Positions 26,214 to 38,770 of a DNA stretch of 64,000 nt are shown one piece after another. Position 1 is the first letter of the stretch. Each line of letters starts with the position of its first letter. Below the pieces are notes generated by a model that was not told the DNA's origin, ran no database searches, and saw nothing but the letters and a program-made list of their open reading frames with translations. Source of the stretch: Octopus sinensis (Eukaryota); assembly GCF_006345805.1 (NCBI RefSeq), contig NC_042997.1, positions 189,100,001-189,164,000 of the forward strand, in the 5' to 3' direction. The translations under genes and the position numbers were made by a program.

Positions 26214-26608
26214 AGGCGCAGGAGTGGCTGTGTGGTAAGTAGCTTGCTAACCAACCACATGGTTCCGGGTTCAGTCCCACTGCGTGGCATCTTGGGCAAG
26301 TGTCTTCTGCTATAGCCCTGGGCCGACCAATGCCTTGTGAGTGGATTTGGTAGACGGAAACTGAAAGAAGCCTGTCATATATATGTGTATGTATGTGTTT
26401 GTGTGTCTGTGTTTGTACCCCTAGCATTGCTTGACAACCGATGCTGGTGTGTTTACGTCCCCGTAACTTAGCGGTTCGGCAAAAAGAGACCAATAGAATA
26501 AGTACTGGGCTTACAAAGAATAAGTCCCGCGGTTGAGTTGCTCGATTAAAGGCGGTGCTCCAGCATGGCCGCAGTCAAATGACTGAAATAAGTAAAAGAG
26601 TAAAAGAG
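26214..26608 (+). mobile_element. Full-length SINE F2 (tRNA head + CORE-like + internal microsatellite; possibly octopus OR-type)
   Basis: aggcgcaggagtggctgtgtggtaag...gggttcagtccc (B box)...ttgggcaagtgtctt...(TA/TG)n...gcagtcaaatgactgaaa..gtaaaagag tail. It is preceded by a decayed F1 at ~26000-26185. Confidence 0.9.
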
Positions 26609-28221
26609 AGAGTATAGTAGTTCAGCCATTTGAATCTGTCTGAGATATGATGAAGTAAAAATTCTTTATGATTTTCTTCACTGCCCATTACTTTCTTTTC
26701 TGAAAGTTAGTCTGGTTGAAAGTAACCACTGTGTTGACTCAATCACTTTTAGAATTACCATCTGTTGTATTATAGCAAGTTTTGTAATTGATGGCAGTTG
26801 CAACACAATTGCCAAAGAGTTTCTTGAGGATAGGCATGGGCAACCTTTTGTGAGAAGAGAAGCTCATGAGACATAGCTCATCATCAGATGAACAGCTTTA
26901 CTAAACAACTTAGGCATAGGTTATTTTCCTCAGCAAATTAGGTGTGCCATTCAGAAAGTTTTGCTGGCTGTAGACTGTCCATGACTGCTCTTTGGAAAAC
27001 AAGGGTAGATAAGTTAGTTTTAGTTACACAAAGATTTTGTGAAAAGACATGTGGAAGTGGTAATTTGGTACAAGTAAATGGAGTAAATTTGTCTGTGGTG
27101 CCATTTCTTGGTACACCAGAGAAGCATTTATTGTGACAAAAATCCCCTTTCTGCTCTACCGTAGATACAGTTGTCTGTGTTTGTTTTTCTGTGTTATTTT
27201 GTTCTGATTCATATGTTGTAAATTTAATGTATTGTAAATGTCTTTCATTGTTTTTGTTGTTTAACCACTGGTTGATATGCAAAGTATTAAATTAAAAAAA
27301 AAATACATATTTTCATCCTGTCAGTAACTTGGTGTCTTATGAAGAAACCAATATTATTACTGTGGTTGAAAGTATACTATAATTCTTATAAAATTGTGCT
27401 TAAGGAGGAAATTATCACTCTTCTCTACTTATTGTCATCTTCATGGTGGATTGGCAGAATTGTTTGAGCAGTATACAAAATGCCTTGCAGTGTTTCTTCC
27501 CACCTTTTACATCCTGAGATCAAATTCCACCAGAATCAACTTTGTCTTTCATCCTTTTTGGGTTTACGAAATAAGGCATTGACCTTTCTCCATTAAAATT
27601 GCTGGCCTTGTGTTAAAATTTGAAGCTGCTATTATTGTTGTTATGTGAAATGGTTGGCATCAGGAAGGGCATCCAGCCATAGAAACCACAGCAAAGTGGA
27701 CAGTGGCGCGCCCGGTGCAGTTCACTCCTATCAAATCATCCAACCCATGGCAGCATAAATAATGGACGTTAAATGATGATGATAGATCAATATATTCACA
27801 AGAGCCTTGAACAAAATGCTTTGTGGTATTCATTTGTAACTCTTTTATGTTCTGAGTTCAAATCATTTAAGAGTCATCTTTGTCTTTCCTTCTGCTAGGA
27901 TTGATTAAATAAAGTACCAACAAAGCACTTGAATAGATTATAATCAACTGTTCCCTTAAAACTTGGAACCTTGTGTCTGTGTATGAAATCTTTTTATACT
28001 ATTATTGAAGAAAGGGACATGGATTTACAGAATTGTTATAGTATTAGGCAAAATGTCTTGCAGTATTTGCTCTGTCTCTTTATATTTCGAGTTTAAATCC
28101 TGCTGAGGTCAACTTTGCCTTTCATCCTTCTGGGGGCCACTATATAAATGGCTCCTTGCTTACCATCGAATCTTAGTACTGTGCCTTTGTTAGAAATAAC
28201 TATTATTAAGTTGGCAAAATC

Positions 28222-28347
28222 AGTAGGACATGATGATGATGATAATAATAATAATTATTATTATTATAATTATAATAATAATAATTATTATTATAATTAT
28301 AATAATAATAATAATTATTATTATAATTATAATAATAATAATAATAA
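28222..28347. repeat. Compound (AAT)n/(ATT)n repeat with a ~30-bp higher-order unit
   Basis: aataataataataattattattataattat repeated about 3.5 times. Confidence 0.9.
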
Positions 28348-28829
28348 ATTCTTACATAGGCATAAGGAATTTGGCATGAGTTAGTCATTTAAATAAGAGT
28401 ACCAGTTTTTGACTGGTATTCTTTTTTTACTGCCTAATGTTCCCTTTTAACTATTTAGTTGTATATCCAGTCAAAATGAGTCATTGTTTTAAAATAATAA
28501 CTATTAGCATTTTAAAGATGGTTTTCAAACATTATGTTAATGGGTCAGTCAACAATATTTCTTCTTGTGAAAGGATTTAGTAAAATAAGTTCCACTAATA
28601 TTCCAATTCATTTGACTATATCTTTTACTTGGAAAATTGGCTTTATGCCTTGTCAAATGAATTATCATCATCATCATTACTATTTTCATCATTATCATTA
28701 ACAGTATTATTCTGGTAGCAGAATAGTGGCTTGGTAGAATTGTTAGAGTGTTGGACAAAAATGCATTGCAGTATTTATTCTACTTCTTTACACTCTGGGT
28801 TCAGATTCCATTGAAATCAACCTTAGGCC

Positions 28830-28992
28830 TCCATATCTACAGCGTTTGCTGCTGGAATAAGGAGTGGTTGGAGGTCACGTGGTCGTTAGCCTCAAATCGC
28901 CAGGTCTGGTTGGCGTTTGTGAGAGATGCAGTATTGAGGATGAATGAAGCCAGCTCAACCCACCCCGGGTGAATGCTTTCTCAAGTCAAGTC
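28830..28992 (+). mobile_element. RTE-type LINE extreme 3' end inserted in an F1 SINE
   Basis: ...WLEVTWSLASNRQVWLAFVRDAVLRMNEASSTHPG* followed by a (CAAGT)n tail. F1 sequence flanks both sides (gaaatcaaccttaggcc ... caaccttgcctttcatcc). Confidence 0.65.
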
Positions 28993-29451
28993 AAATCAAC
29001 CTTGCCTTTCATCCTCCCAGAATCATTATAAAAAGGTACCAGTCAAGTACTTGGTTTGATTTAACCAACTAATCCCTTCTCACCAAATTTCTGGCCTTTT
29101 ACCTCTGTCAGAAATTCTTCTAGCTGTAAGTTGTCTATAGTCTGAATTGCAAGAAGTTACTTGACTTAAATTTTAAGAGAAAATGTCCCAAATTTCCTGG
29201 TGCATCGTTTTTAGACAAATCTAAGAAATAATATTGGTTTCAAATTTTGGCACAAGGCCAACACATTTGGGGTATAGGGGAAAATCGATTCCATTTACTC
29301 CAGCGCTCAACTTATTTTATCTATCCTGAAAGGATGAAAGGCAAAGCTGACTTCCACAGAATTTGAACTCAGATCCTAAAGACGTATGAAATGCTGCTAA
29401 GCATTTTACCTGGCATGCTAACTGTTCTGCCAGCTTGCTGGCTTATGGAAG

Positions 29452-29773
29452 ACACCCGTGCCGGTGACATGTAAAAAGCACCATCCGAACATAGCAGATG
29501 CCAGCGCCGCCTGACTGGCACCCGTGTCAATGACACGAACAAGCACCAACCGATCGTGACAGTTTGCCAGCCTGCTCTGGTCCCTGTGCCGGTGGTATGT
29601 AAAAAACACTCACTACACTCATGGAGTGGTTGGCATTAGGAAGGGCATCCAGCTGTAGAAACACTGCCAAATCAGACTTGAGTCCAGTGCAGCCTTCATG
29701 GCTTCCCATACCCCGGTCGAACCGTCCAACCCATGCTAGCATGGAAAACGGACGTTAAATGATGATGATGATG
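29452..29773 (+). mobile_element. SINE F3 (adjacent to a minus-strand F1 at ~29235-29440)
   Basis: Two internal units, the core and a (GAT)n tail. Confidence 0.85.
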
Positions 29774-30176
29774 ACAGTAGTTATACGAGAGGCAGAAATC
29801 AACTCTAGTAGTACTTGATTCTTAGTTCTAATATAATGGGAATCATCTTTGCTGTATATCGGTCTGGGATTTCTAAAATATACTAGAGCTAACCAAATTA
29901 ACACTCATTGTGCTGAGTTAAAGGAAAAAAAAAAATAATTGTTATTGTTTAGAATAATATTGCTAAGAATATTTTTCCTGTTAATATGTATTAAGTTATA
30001 AATGCAAGTAAAAGACAACTGCACTTGTGTTGTTTGTAATTGTTGAAAACTGAAATAAATAAATAAATGTAATGATAAACTCCTAATGAATCTGTTCAGT
30101 AGTCTTACCACCTGTTGGTGTTTCTTGTGAAGAGAATTGTTAAGTAATTGTTGTGTGTGTTCCACTGGCTATATAG

Positions 30177-30290
30177 ATGAAGGATGATGCTTCCTACCAA
30201 TCCCCCTTTGTTCCCTGGTCGACACAGCAGAAGATTTACGAAAGCATTGTGAAGTTCACAAAGTCACCTACATCTCCTCACCAATACCAG
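30177..30290 (+). CDS. Candidate alternative (cassette) SEC16 exon: MKDDASYQSPFVPWSTQQKIYESIVKFTKSPTSPHQYQ
   Basis: atatag|ATG ... CAG|gtttct; 114 nt, phase 0/0, stop-free, in non-repetitive sequence. Splice sites are only moderate and no homology was recognised. Confidence 0.4.
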
Positions 30291-31134
30291 GTTTCTTGTT
30301 TTAAATTTTTAAACGGCAAATTTCTGCACTGATGGAACTGGGTGCTAACACGTCACTCTAGCTAAAAGCTTCGAAAGAGGTCAGAGTTGTTAGATCCAAA
30401 TGGTGCCTAAACAAATCTCTTGAACGAAATGCTAACTTAACTTTGTTAATCCTGCTTTTAAAATTAAGATTGACTGAAACATTTACAGAACACACTTTCA
30501 GAGGTGCTTGGTTAAATCACTATGCACATGATTTAGGAGTTTGCAATTAACTAAGATGTTGCCAATCCACTGGTAAATCCAAATAGCTTTATGCCACATT
30601 TAAGTGTGTGTGTGTGTTTGTGTGTGTGTGTGAATGAGAGAGAAGGAGAGAGTTTTTATTTGCTGTTGCAATGTCACAAATGCACTTAAATTTCTTACTG
30701 ATTTTTATATTATTTCCCTTATATAATAACAATTTAAAGAAAAAAAAATAGTTACATTATTTGCTTTTGGTTTCAAGATTAGTCCTTTTTGAACTGTTTA
30801 GTCACAAAGCACTTTAAATTTACTTTTAAATTGCCTTCCTTCACTGCTTTCTGAAATAGTTAAAAAAAAAAAAAATGTACATGTTTATATTTTTGGTTGC
30901 TGCCCTGGTGAGTTCTGCTTTGAATAAACCTGTTGAATGGAGTTAGATAACCAAATCAAAATCTTTGTTGGGATTTCTAGCCATAATTATCCCATCTTTG
31001 TCTGGTATACTTTTTTTTCAAGATTTAAGGAATTAGAGAATGGAACTTAAACTATGAAGGTAGTTTCTTCAGAGAAGTTTAGTTTGTTATACTGAGCAAA
31101 TTGAGTAGCTATGCAGGTGTTGTTCACTTGCTGT

Positions 31135-31601
31135 TGTTGTTGTTGTCTTCTTCTTAGCCACAAAGAATAATCTCTAATTCGAGCTTACTCTAAGCTACTA
31201 AGAATGCGTGTGGCAACTTGAAGAGCCACCCACCACACGTGGTAGACTGGAGGTTGCACGGGTGCGAAAGCTACGTTGTTATCCTCATTCTGTAAACGGT
31301 GGCTTTTAACGGGTAGAGAGCTGAACCATCGTGGGGTACAGAGGATTCGCAATCCAGACTAGGGTCTGAAAGTTTACCACACCATAGTGGGTTACACCAT
31401 GGTTCCTCTGCTTTGTGGCAGAAAGTTGTGGTGAAAAAGTACAGCGAGGTTCACCCCCCCCCACCCTTCTTCCCCGCCGGAGCCTCTTGAAACTTAGGTG
31501 TTTTTGCTCAATAAACACTCACAATGCCCGGTCTGGGAATTGAAACCATGTTCTTACGACTGCGAATTCGCTGCCCTAACCACTGGGCCATTGCACCTCC
31601 A
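31135..31601 (-). mobile_element. tRNA-derived SINE (family F6-like)
   Basis: Reverse complement head tggaggtgcaatggcccagtggttagggcagcgaattcgcagtcgtaagaac..gtttcaattcccagaccgggc; related to 46405-46705. Confidence 0.7.
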
Positions 31602-32456
31602 CTGCTGTTGTTGTTGCTGTTTAACCCCATGTCAGCTCTGGTCATGCATATTAAGAGTGACCATTCCAACTTCATAAACATATTTTATTTCAAGCTACAC
31701 TATCATACATGTTCTTTTTTGATAGTTGGTAGAGTGTGTTTGGGGGATTTGGTTGCTATTTTTAGTATGTCAAGTGACCAGAGAGACATTCACTTATTGT
31801 TGTGTCATGTAGCACTATTGAATAAAAATTATATCTTCATACTTTGAAGCTTTAGCTTAAGTTGTTTAGCCTGTAAGGGCCTCCTAGAAAGCTTTCAAAA
31901 TTGTATTGAACACAGAAAAATATGGAAATTTGAACTTAGTAATAACTACATAACTGTAACTTTTAGATGAACTTTTAGTAGAAAAGTATTAGTAGCATCA
32001 TGTTCATAATTTTTTTTGAGTTACTATTCACGTCATGTTTTGATCTATATTTTCTGATTATATTTAAATGACATATTTCTACATCTATACATATCCTATA
32101 GACATAAGTAGTAATGTTGATATCCACTGTCAAACATAAAGGTTTGCAAGCTGAATATCCCTAGCCTAAGGATATATTTGTAAAAATATTGTACCTAAAG
32201 ATGATTGCAGACCAAGTAATAGTATATGTAGTCAAAGCAATGAAGAATTCCTTCTACTCTAATAGCAATTTTTCTCAATGTTTTCAGATATTTTCTTGTA
32301 ATTAGATAAATATACTTAAAGATCCTTTCTGAAAAACTATTTCAGCAGTTATATATTGCCAGGTGTTAAATAAATTTTAGGATGTGTGTGAGGCATTAAG
32401 AGAGAGCAAAGAGAGCCCCTATTACCTTAGGGGGTAATAGAGCCCCTATTGGTTAA

Positions 32457-32506
<50 letters not shown>

Positions 32507-33323
32507 GTTAGTGTGTGAGATGGAGAAAGATAGTGTAACTACTATTGGTTGAATGTTTGGTATGCTATTAGGTTATGTGTTAGCACAAGGTACATTAACT
32601 CTTTTTTGTTTTGTAGCTGAAAATAGCTACTATTCTCACATCACAGCTGAGGATCTGCTCTCACAATTCATGCACATTTTATTTTCAGAATAAGTACTGC
32701 TTTTGGCATCGTAGAGAAAATAGTTATAAAACACTATTTACTGTGTTGCACTTGTCAAATGGTGTTGATATATAAAAACCGGTAATTCACAAATTGGGAA
32801 ATAGTTGTCCTCACCACTAAAATGACAGTCGTTAAGTCAATGGTTAGGAGAAATAAGAGGACACTTAAAAGAAACAAGTCACAGCAAAATATGTGTTAAT
32901 GCTAATCTCCTAATCCATTTCTTGTTAAAAAAAGATTAGAGTGCAGGATCAATGTTAGGATATTTATGATGTTTTCAAATCCTTATTGTTTTTTTTTTTC
33001 CCCTTTTAATTCTTGTAATAAAAATTCAAGGAATGAGGTATATAATTTGTACTGGTTGACTTTAGATTAAAAACAAAAATGTATTGTTATTGCTTTGGCA
33101 CTTGCTTAGATTAATAATTTGTTTGAAAAAAAAATGCTATAGATATGCTGTATTTGTACTGCTGTTTGGTTAGTTTTTGCATCTGTAGCCAAAGTGATTT
33201 TGGTGTTACCACACACACACACAAACATTCAGACATGTATATCCATACACATATGCGTGTTTTACATAGGTGTATGCTTGTAAATGTATCTTTTACAACT
33301 TTATTTTTTTTGGTTTCTTTCAG

Positions 33324-33473
33324 GCCGTACCGGTTTCTTCTGATTCTACCAACCAAACAGCATCTGGTATGCCAATGCTATTTAACCCTGCATCTTTCCA
33401 GAAACAGTCTCAGCCCACAGCAGCAACTGGTGCTGGCTCTCGGTTGTCACAGCGTCGGATTTATCCAAAATAA
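33324..33473 (+). CDS. SEC16: SEC16 terminal coding exon: AVPVSSDSTNQTASGMPMLFNPASFQKQSQPTAATGAGSRLSQRRIYPK*
   Basis: Acceptor tttttggtttctttcag|GCC, phase 0, stop TAA ending at 33473. MPMLFNPASF...RLSQRRIY corresponds to the SEC16A C-terminus MPFYNPAQL...RIGQRK (recalled). Confidence 0.88.
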   Translation, partial: AVPVSSDSTNQTASGMPMLFNPASFQKQSQPTAATGAGSRLSQRRIYPK

Positions 33474-33724
33474 TGATGGCTAACAGATAATTACAGCAGA
33501 AACCAAAACAAGACCCAAATCTGTTCAATGGATATGGAAGTAACGGCAATTACTCTCACGAGGAATAATGGATTCCTTGCACACATACTTCAGTGAATAC
33601 ATTTTTGATTCGGTCACTGAAAAATCCTCATGTTAATGAACTGAAATGAAAGCCAAATATACACATGCATCAATTCGGAACCCTTCCCCCACCCCACCAC
33701 TAAACCTGTCTAAAAATGATTTTA

Positions 33725-33823
33725 ATGTGTGTGTTTGTATGTATATATGTGTGTGTGTGTATATATATATATAAATAAAAATATATTTATGTATCTGTGT
33801 GAATGTATGTGTGTATATATGTG

Positions 33824-33871
<48 letters not shown>

Positions 33872-34510
33872 TACATACATACACATACACTCATACGTAT
33901 ATATATGCTTGTATATGTATGTGTGTGTATAAATATGTATGTGTGCATATATATATATATGAATGTATATATGTATGATATAGATGTATATATGTTTGTA
34001 TTCAAGGGGGTGTGTGTGTGTGTGTAAACATATACATATACACACACATGCACACATGTACACATATATATGTACACAAACACACACACACACACATACA
34101 TATATATATATTAATATGTATACACATATAAACAATATTTTATGAAAATATTTTGTATTCTATTGCTTAATTATGTATACTAATTAATATTATCTCAACT
34201 GTTTTACACACACACACACACACACACATGCACACACACTTGGCTGGGCATACACAGACACACACACACATGCATACACATCAATATCAAGGAATGTTGT
34301 GTAGCAAATGAAGGAGAGTGTGTTAAAATACAGATTCTGCTCACCGGTGTTGGGCATGGCAATTCGTTGTCTGTTTTTGAGTGTCACTGGCAGAATGTGA
34401 TATTACTATTGTATTTAATGATGTAATCCTGAGTGCACACACACATATACACATGCACATGTACACCACATCCATATAGAGGGATACACACAAGCACACA
34501 CACACACAAA
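33725..34510. repeat. Compound (TG)/(TA)/(CA) microsatellite block in the putative 3' UTR
   Basis: Direct reading; it is the source of several spurious ORFs. Confidence 0.95.
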
Positions 34511-35336
34511 CACCTTAGTGTATTTTGGCTGCAACTTTCATACATCTGCTATTGAAAAGACAACAATAGTTGACAAGTTAAATATTGAACTTTTTCAAAA
34601 CTCTGATATTCTTTTTGCTTTTAGATTAAAAAAAAAAAAAAAAAATTAAAAAAAAGTATGGCTTTCAAACTGGAAATGTTTCTAAATTTCTAAGAGTTTT
34701 TTTTTTTTTTTTTTTTTTATTCTTAACCTGTTGTTCTAGAATTAAGCAAAAGTTCTACGCAACAGAAGTGAAAAGCTAAAGCCGGAAATGACTGCATATG
34801 GTTGTATATGCCATGTTCTGATGTGTTGTGAACAATATGTTTTGTTAAAAAACCATTGTGTCTTGGAGCCTCATGGCATATATGTAGAGGGAGACAATTA
34901 TTAATTTAAAGGCAGTCAGTGTTCATTATTGCCAATTGTTTGGCTGAAGTTTTAAAACTTTGGAGGATGACTCTAACAACCGTCATTAGTTTTGAAACTT
35001 GATCAGGAAAGCCTCATACTATGTATCTGAATCAAGACCTGTGTCCGACTATTGGAAAAACTCAATATTTAATTTGCCAACCAGATCTATAGTTGTTTAT
35101 TTTTTTTTTCCAACACTACACACACACATACACACACACACACACACACAAACATATACATACACATATAAATATATATATTTATTCACATCCTCCTGTT
35201 GTAGTCGTGTCTATAGTCTGAGGTTAAAAACAAATTCTCCTCGTGATTGTCATGCACTTCCTACAACATTTTACTAATAATGTATAAAAGAATCTTCATA
35301 AAGATGAAACCCAATCAATTCTGTATAAAAAATTCC

Positions 35337-35342
35337 AATAAA
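35337..35342 (+). promoter_or_regulatory. Putative polyadenylation signal AATAAA
   Basis: Canonical hexamer followed ~30-60 nt later by a GU/U-rich element (gatactgtgttgtttattgattttt). Confidence 0.45.
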
Positions 35343-35659
35343 TGTAATTGTAAAAATATTGTTGGAAGATGTTTGATGATACTGTGTTGTTTATTGATTT
35401 TTATGAATATTGTTAATATTATGTAATGTTGTCCAATCCATGCTAGCATGGAAAGCGGACGTTAAATGATGATTATGATGATGTTATCCAGGTTAGCTGT
35501 TATTCAGTTTTTTAATCTGTTATGATAAACTTCTTTAAAGATGGCATGTAATAGCGACTAATTTTAAGTATTATTTCTTGTAATTTTAAGCATCAAAATT
35601 TGAAATTTTATTATTGTTGAACTTTTATTAACATAATAAATAAAAATAAATGTGTCCTT

Positions 35660-35897
35660 TTAAAGCGTAGCCAGGCTCATAGGCCCGCTTTCCCGGTTTC
35701 AATGGCGTATGTGTTTCCCAGCTTGACGGGATGCCAATCCATTGCAGCATTACTCCTTTTTGCCACCTGAGTGGACTGGAGCAACGTGAAATGAAGTGTT
35801 TTGCTCAAGAGCAGAACGCGTCGCCCGGTTCAGGAATCAAAACCACAATCTTATGATCATGATGCTGACACCCTAACCACTAAGCCATGTGCCTCCA
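35660..35897 (-). mobile_element. tRNA/CORE-type SINE (family F5); second copy at ~46125-46357
   Basis: tgagtggactggagcaacgtgaaatgaagtgttttgctcaaga...ccctaaccactaagcca. Confidence 0.75.
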
Positions 35898-36498
35898 CTT
35901 TATTAACATAGAAGTTTAACTCTAGCACATTTTTGACTGGGTACTCAGTATTACTTGGGTAGGAATAGTTAATTGGATTAATATATACTGTATTGGGCAG
36001 TGTATATGATGCTCTTTTACAAGTATATTTTGTGGAAAAAGCAAATTTAATATATTTCATTATACACTCATATGCTCAGTATCCCATCTGTAGTATGGTC
36101 ACATTAGATGCTTGCAATTTTTGATAAACTAGTATATATGGTGTGTTTGTGAATGTGTGTATATATATATATGTGTGTGTGTATACATTTATATACATAC
36201 ACATACAAGCACGTGTACATGTGTGTGTATTTATTTAATTAATAGGTTAGCTCATTAAAGTTTCATGTATGTGATAGGACATTCATTTCCTTGAACATTT
36301 TGAATGAAAAACAAGATAGTTTCTTTATTATGGAGATAACATAAACCTCAGTGGTCAGTTTGTATCATATTGATATAGTAATAACTCAGTGGCAGCATAT
36401 GTTAAAGCAGGCCGAGTATTAACATTTACATAGTCATTGATGCATAGTTGTTGAATGTCAGTGATTAAAACAGGGTGGCAAGAAATGGCTTATGTATT

Positions 36499-36737
36499 AA
36501 GGCGGCGAGCTGGCAGAAACGTTAGCACACCGGGCGAAATGCTTAGCAGTATTTTGTCTGCCGCTACGTTCTGAGTTCAAATTCCGCCGAGGTCAACTTT
36601 GCCTTTCATCCTTTCGGGGTCGATAAATAAAGTACTAGTTACGCAGTGGGGTCGATATAATCGACTTAATCCGTTTGTCTGTCCTTGTTTGTCCCTTCTA
36701 TGTTTAGCTCCTTGTGGGCAATAAAGAAATAAGAAAT
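36499..36737 (+). mobile_element. SINE F1 monomer
   Basis: aaggcggcgagctggcagaaacgttagc...gtgggcaataaagaaat. Confidence 0.9.
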
Positions 36738-37438
36738 AACTTATGTATTGCAGAGAGAAAGAGAGAGAGAGAGAGTTAAACGTCTGATGATCAGTTATGC
36801 TTACATGGATTTAGTGATAACTTAGTAACAACAGATAGTAGGTGAAGACACGGCATATTAAAGTAGACTGCATGTTAAACTCACTTAGTCACCAGAGTGT
36901 TTGGTGCAGATGTATATGGTGTGTCTACTGGGCCACTGAGGTGCAGGAACGGTGGACAGTAATCTCTGTGGGCCGCATGCAAATAACGACCCGGTCTAAG
37001 GTAGAATATCGGGATTGCTGGGGTCATTAGTTCAAAATACATTAAAAATGCATTGTGATAATATGAAATGTCTGTCTTTTTATTAATGGTTACTGTAAGC
37101 TTGTTGGAATATGTGCAGTTTTTCATGGAGAAAGAGTTGGCAGTTGTGAGCCCCAGCCACGTAAGGTGAGACCTCGTCGAGTATACACCATTTGATGCTA
37201 AATAAGGTGTTATTGGAATCTTGGAGACTCCTGATGAAGTGGAACATCAGGGTAGAGTTTTACTTGTCCCTATATCTGAAGCAATGCATAGGCCACCATA
37301 CCCATATAGTGTAATACCATTACCACCAGGTAGTGTGAGGATGGCCATATAGACCACAGCTTTCAAGGGGTAGGATCCAATCAGTGGTCACTTGGTAGGA
37401 TTTTGACAGTTGCAGATATGAGTGTGGGATGGAGAGTG

Positions 37439-37745
37439 TGTACTTACTTGTACTTGTGGCGACATTCACCCTGGGTGGGTTGAGTCGGCTTCTTCCACCA
37501 CCCTAAAGACATTGTATTCGCCATTGAGAATTCATGGAAGAAGTTTCGTGGGAATATGTGGATTTGACAAGCGGTCCCCAACAATCCCGCATGTAGAGAC
37601 ATCCTGTTTGCCGCAGATTATCCGCAGTCACAGGGGCAGAAAGACCGAGGAGCCGCCGGTTGCCGAAACAGACACTCCGAGGATTTTCACCAGAGCCCCG
37701 TCTGCCGGGTTGTGGCCCTAATACCACTCGGTGTCAGACCAATCC
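37439..37745 (-). mobile_element. RTE-type LINE 3' end
   Basis: Minus strand ...NVFRVVEEADSTHPG*atgtcgccacaagtacaagtaagta, the same terminus type as 28830-28992. Confidence 0.55.
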
Positions 37746-38138
37746 GCCTTGGAACCGAAGTTGCTGACTTTAGTATTACGGGAATTAAAAAACTTATGGT
37801 ATTTATGGGTTTTATGGAACAGTTGATTTACATTGTTTTATAATAGATTTAAACATTGGGAGAAAATGATACCTGTTTTGAGGAGAATACCGTTCATAAA
37901 ACTAGCTACAGTATGTGACCTATTTTATTACCCTTGGAGAGATGAAAGAGATAAATATTTGCAGCCACATTTTAATTAAGATCGTAGAGTAACAAACAAA
38001 ATACCGGCGCTTTATTCTGACAGCTGCTATCCTGAGTTTTGTAACCAATGTTATAATTAAGAATTATTTATTATTCGTCATACCTATGCATATTTGTCAT
38101 ACCTGTATGCATCACTTTTAATTTTAGTTTTATAATGA

Positions 38139-38536
38139 AGGCGCAGGAGTGGCTGTGTGTTAAGTAGCTTGCTTACCAACTACATGGTTCCGGGTTCAGT
38201 CCCACTGCGTGACACCTTGGGCAAGTGTCTTCTACTATAGCCTCGGGCCGACCAAAGCCTTGTGAGTGGATTTGGTAGACGGAAACTGAAAGAAGCCCGT
38301 CGTATATATGTATGTATATGTGTGTGTTTGTGTGTCTGTGTTTGTCCCCCCAACATCGCTTGACAACCGATGCTGGTGTGTTTACGTCCCCGTCACTTAG
38401 CGGTTCGGCAAAAGAGACTGATAGAATAAGTACTAGGCTTACAAAGAATAAGTCCTGGGGTCGATTTGCTCGATTAAAGGCGGTGCTCCAGCATGGCCAC
38501 AGTCAAATGACTGAAACAGGTAAAAGGGTAAAGGGT
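38139..38536 (+). mobile_element. Full-length SINE F2
   Basis: Complete head, CORE-like block, microsatellite and tail. Confidence 0.9.
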
Positions 38537-38770
38537 AATGAAAATATAACTCCCCTACTACTGTCAGTCACACTGATGTATAACGCACAGCTGTCAATTT
38601 TTTTTTAATTGAGCAATGTAAGGGCCTTGTATTGTTTTCCTTCTTTGAGCATATATTTCCAGTTTCTTTGCATGCTGAAACTTGATTTGGTTGACCAAAG
38701 ATTTGTGCGTGAAATTTGAAAAGACTAAGATTTTTGTCTGAATTTCAGAATAGAGGAATTATCACCATCA

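Larger units (their letters stand above)
33474..35365 (+). other. Putative SEC16 3' UTR
   Basis: Follows the stop codon. AU-rich with U-tracts and microsatellites. AATAAA at 33774-33779 and 35337-35342; the end point is inferred from the distal signal. Confidence 0.5.

Noticed and set aside
26214-26290. tRNA-like heads with A/B boxes in F1, F2, F4, F5 and F6
   Set aside because: These are SINE promoters; no complete cloverleaf tRNA gene could be supported.
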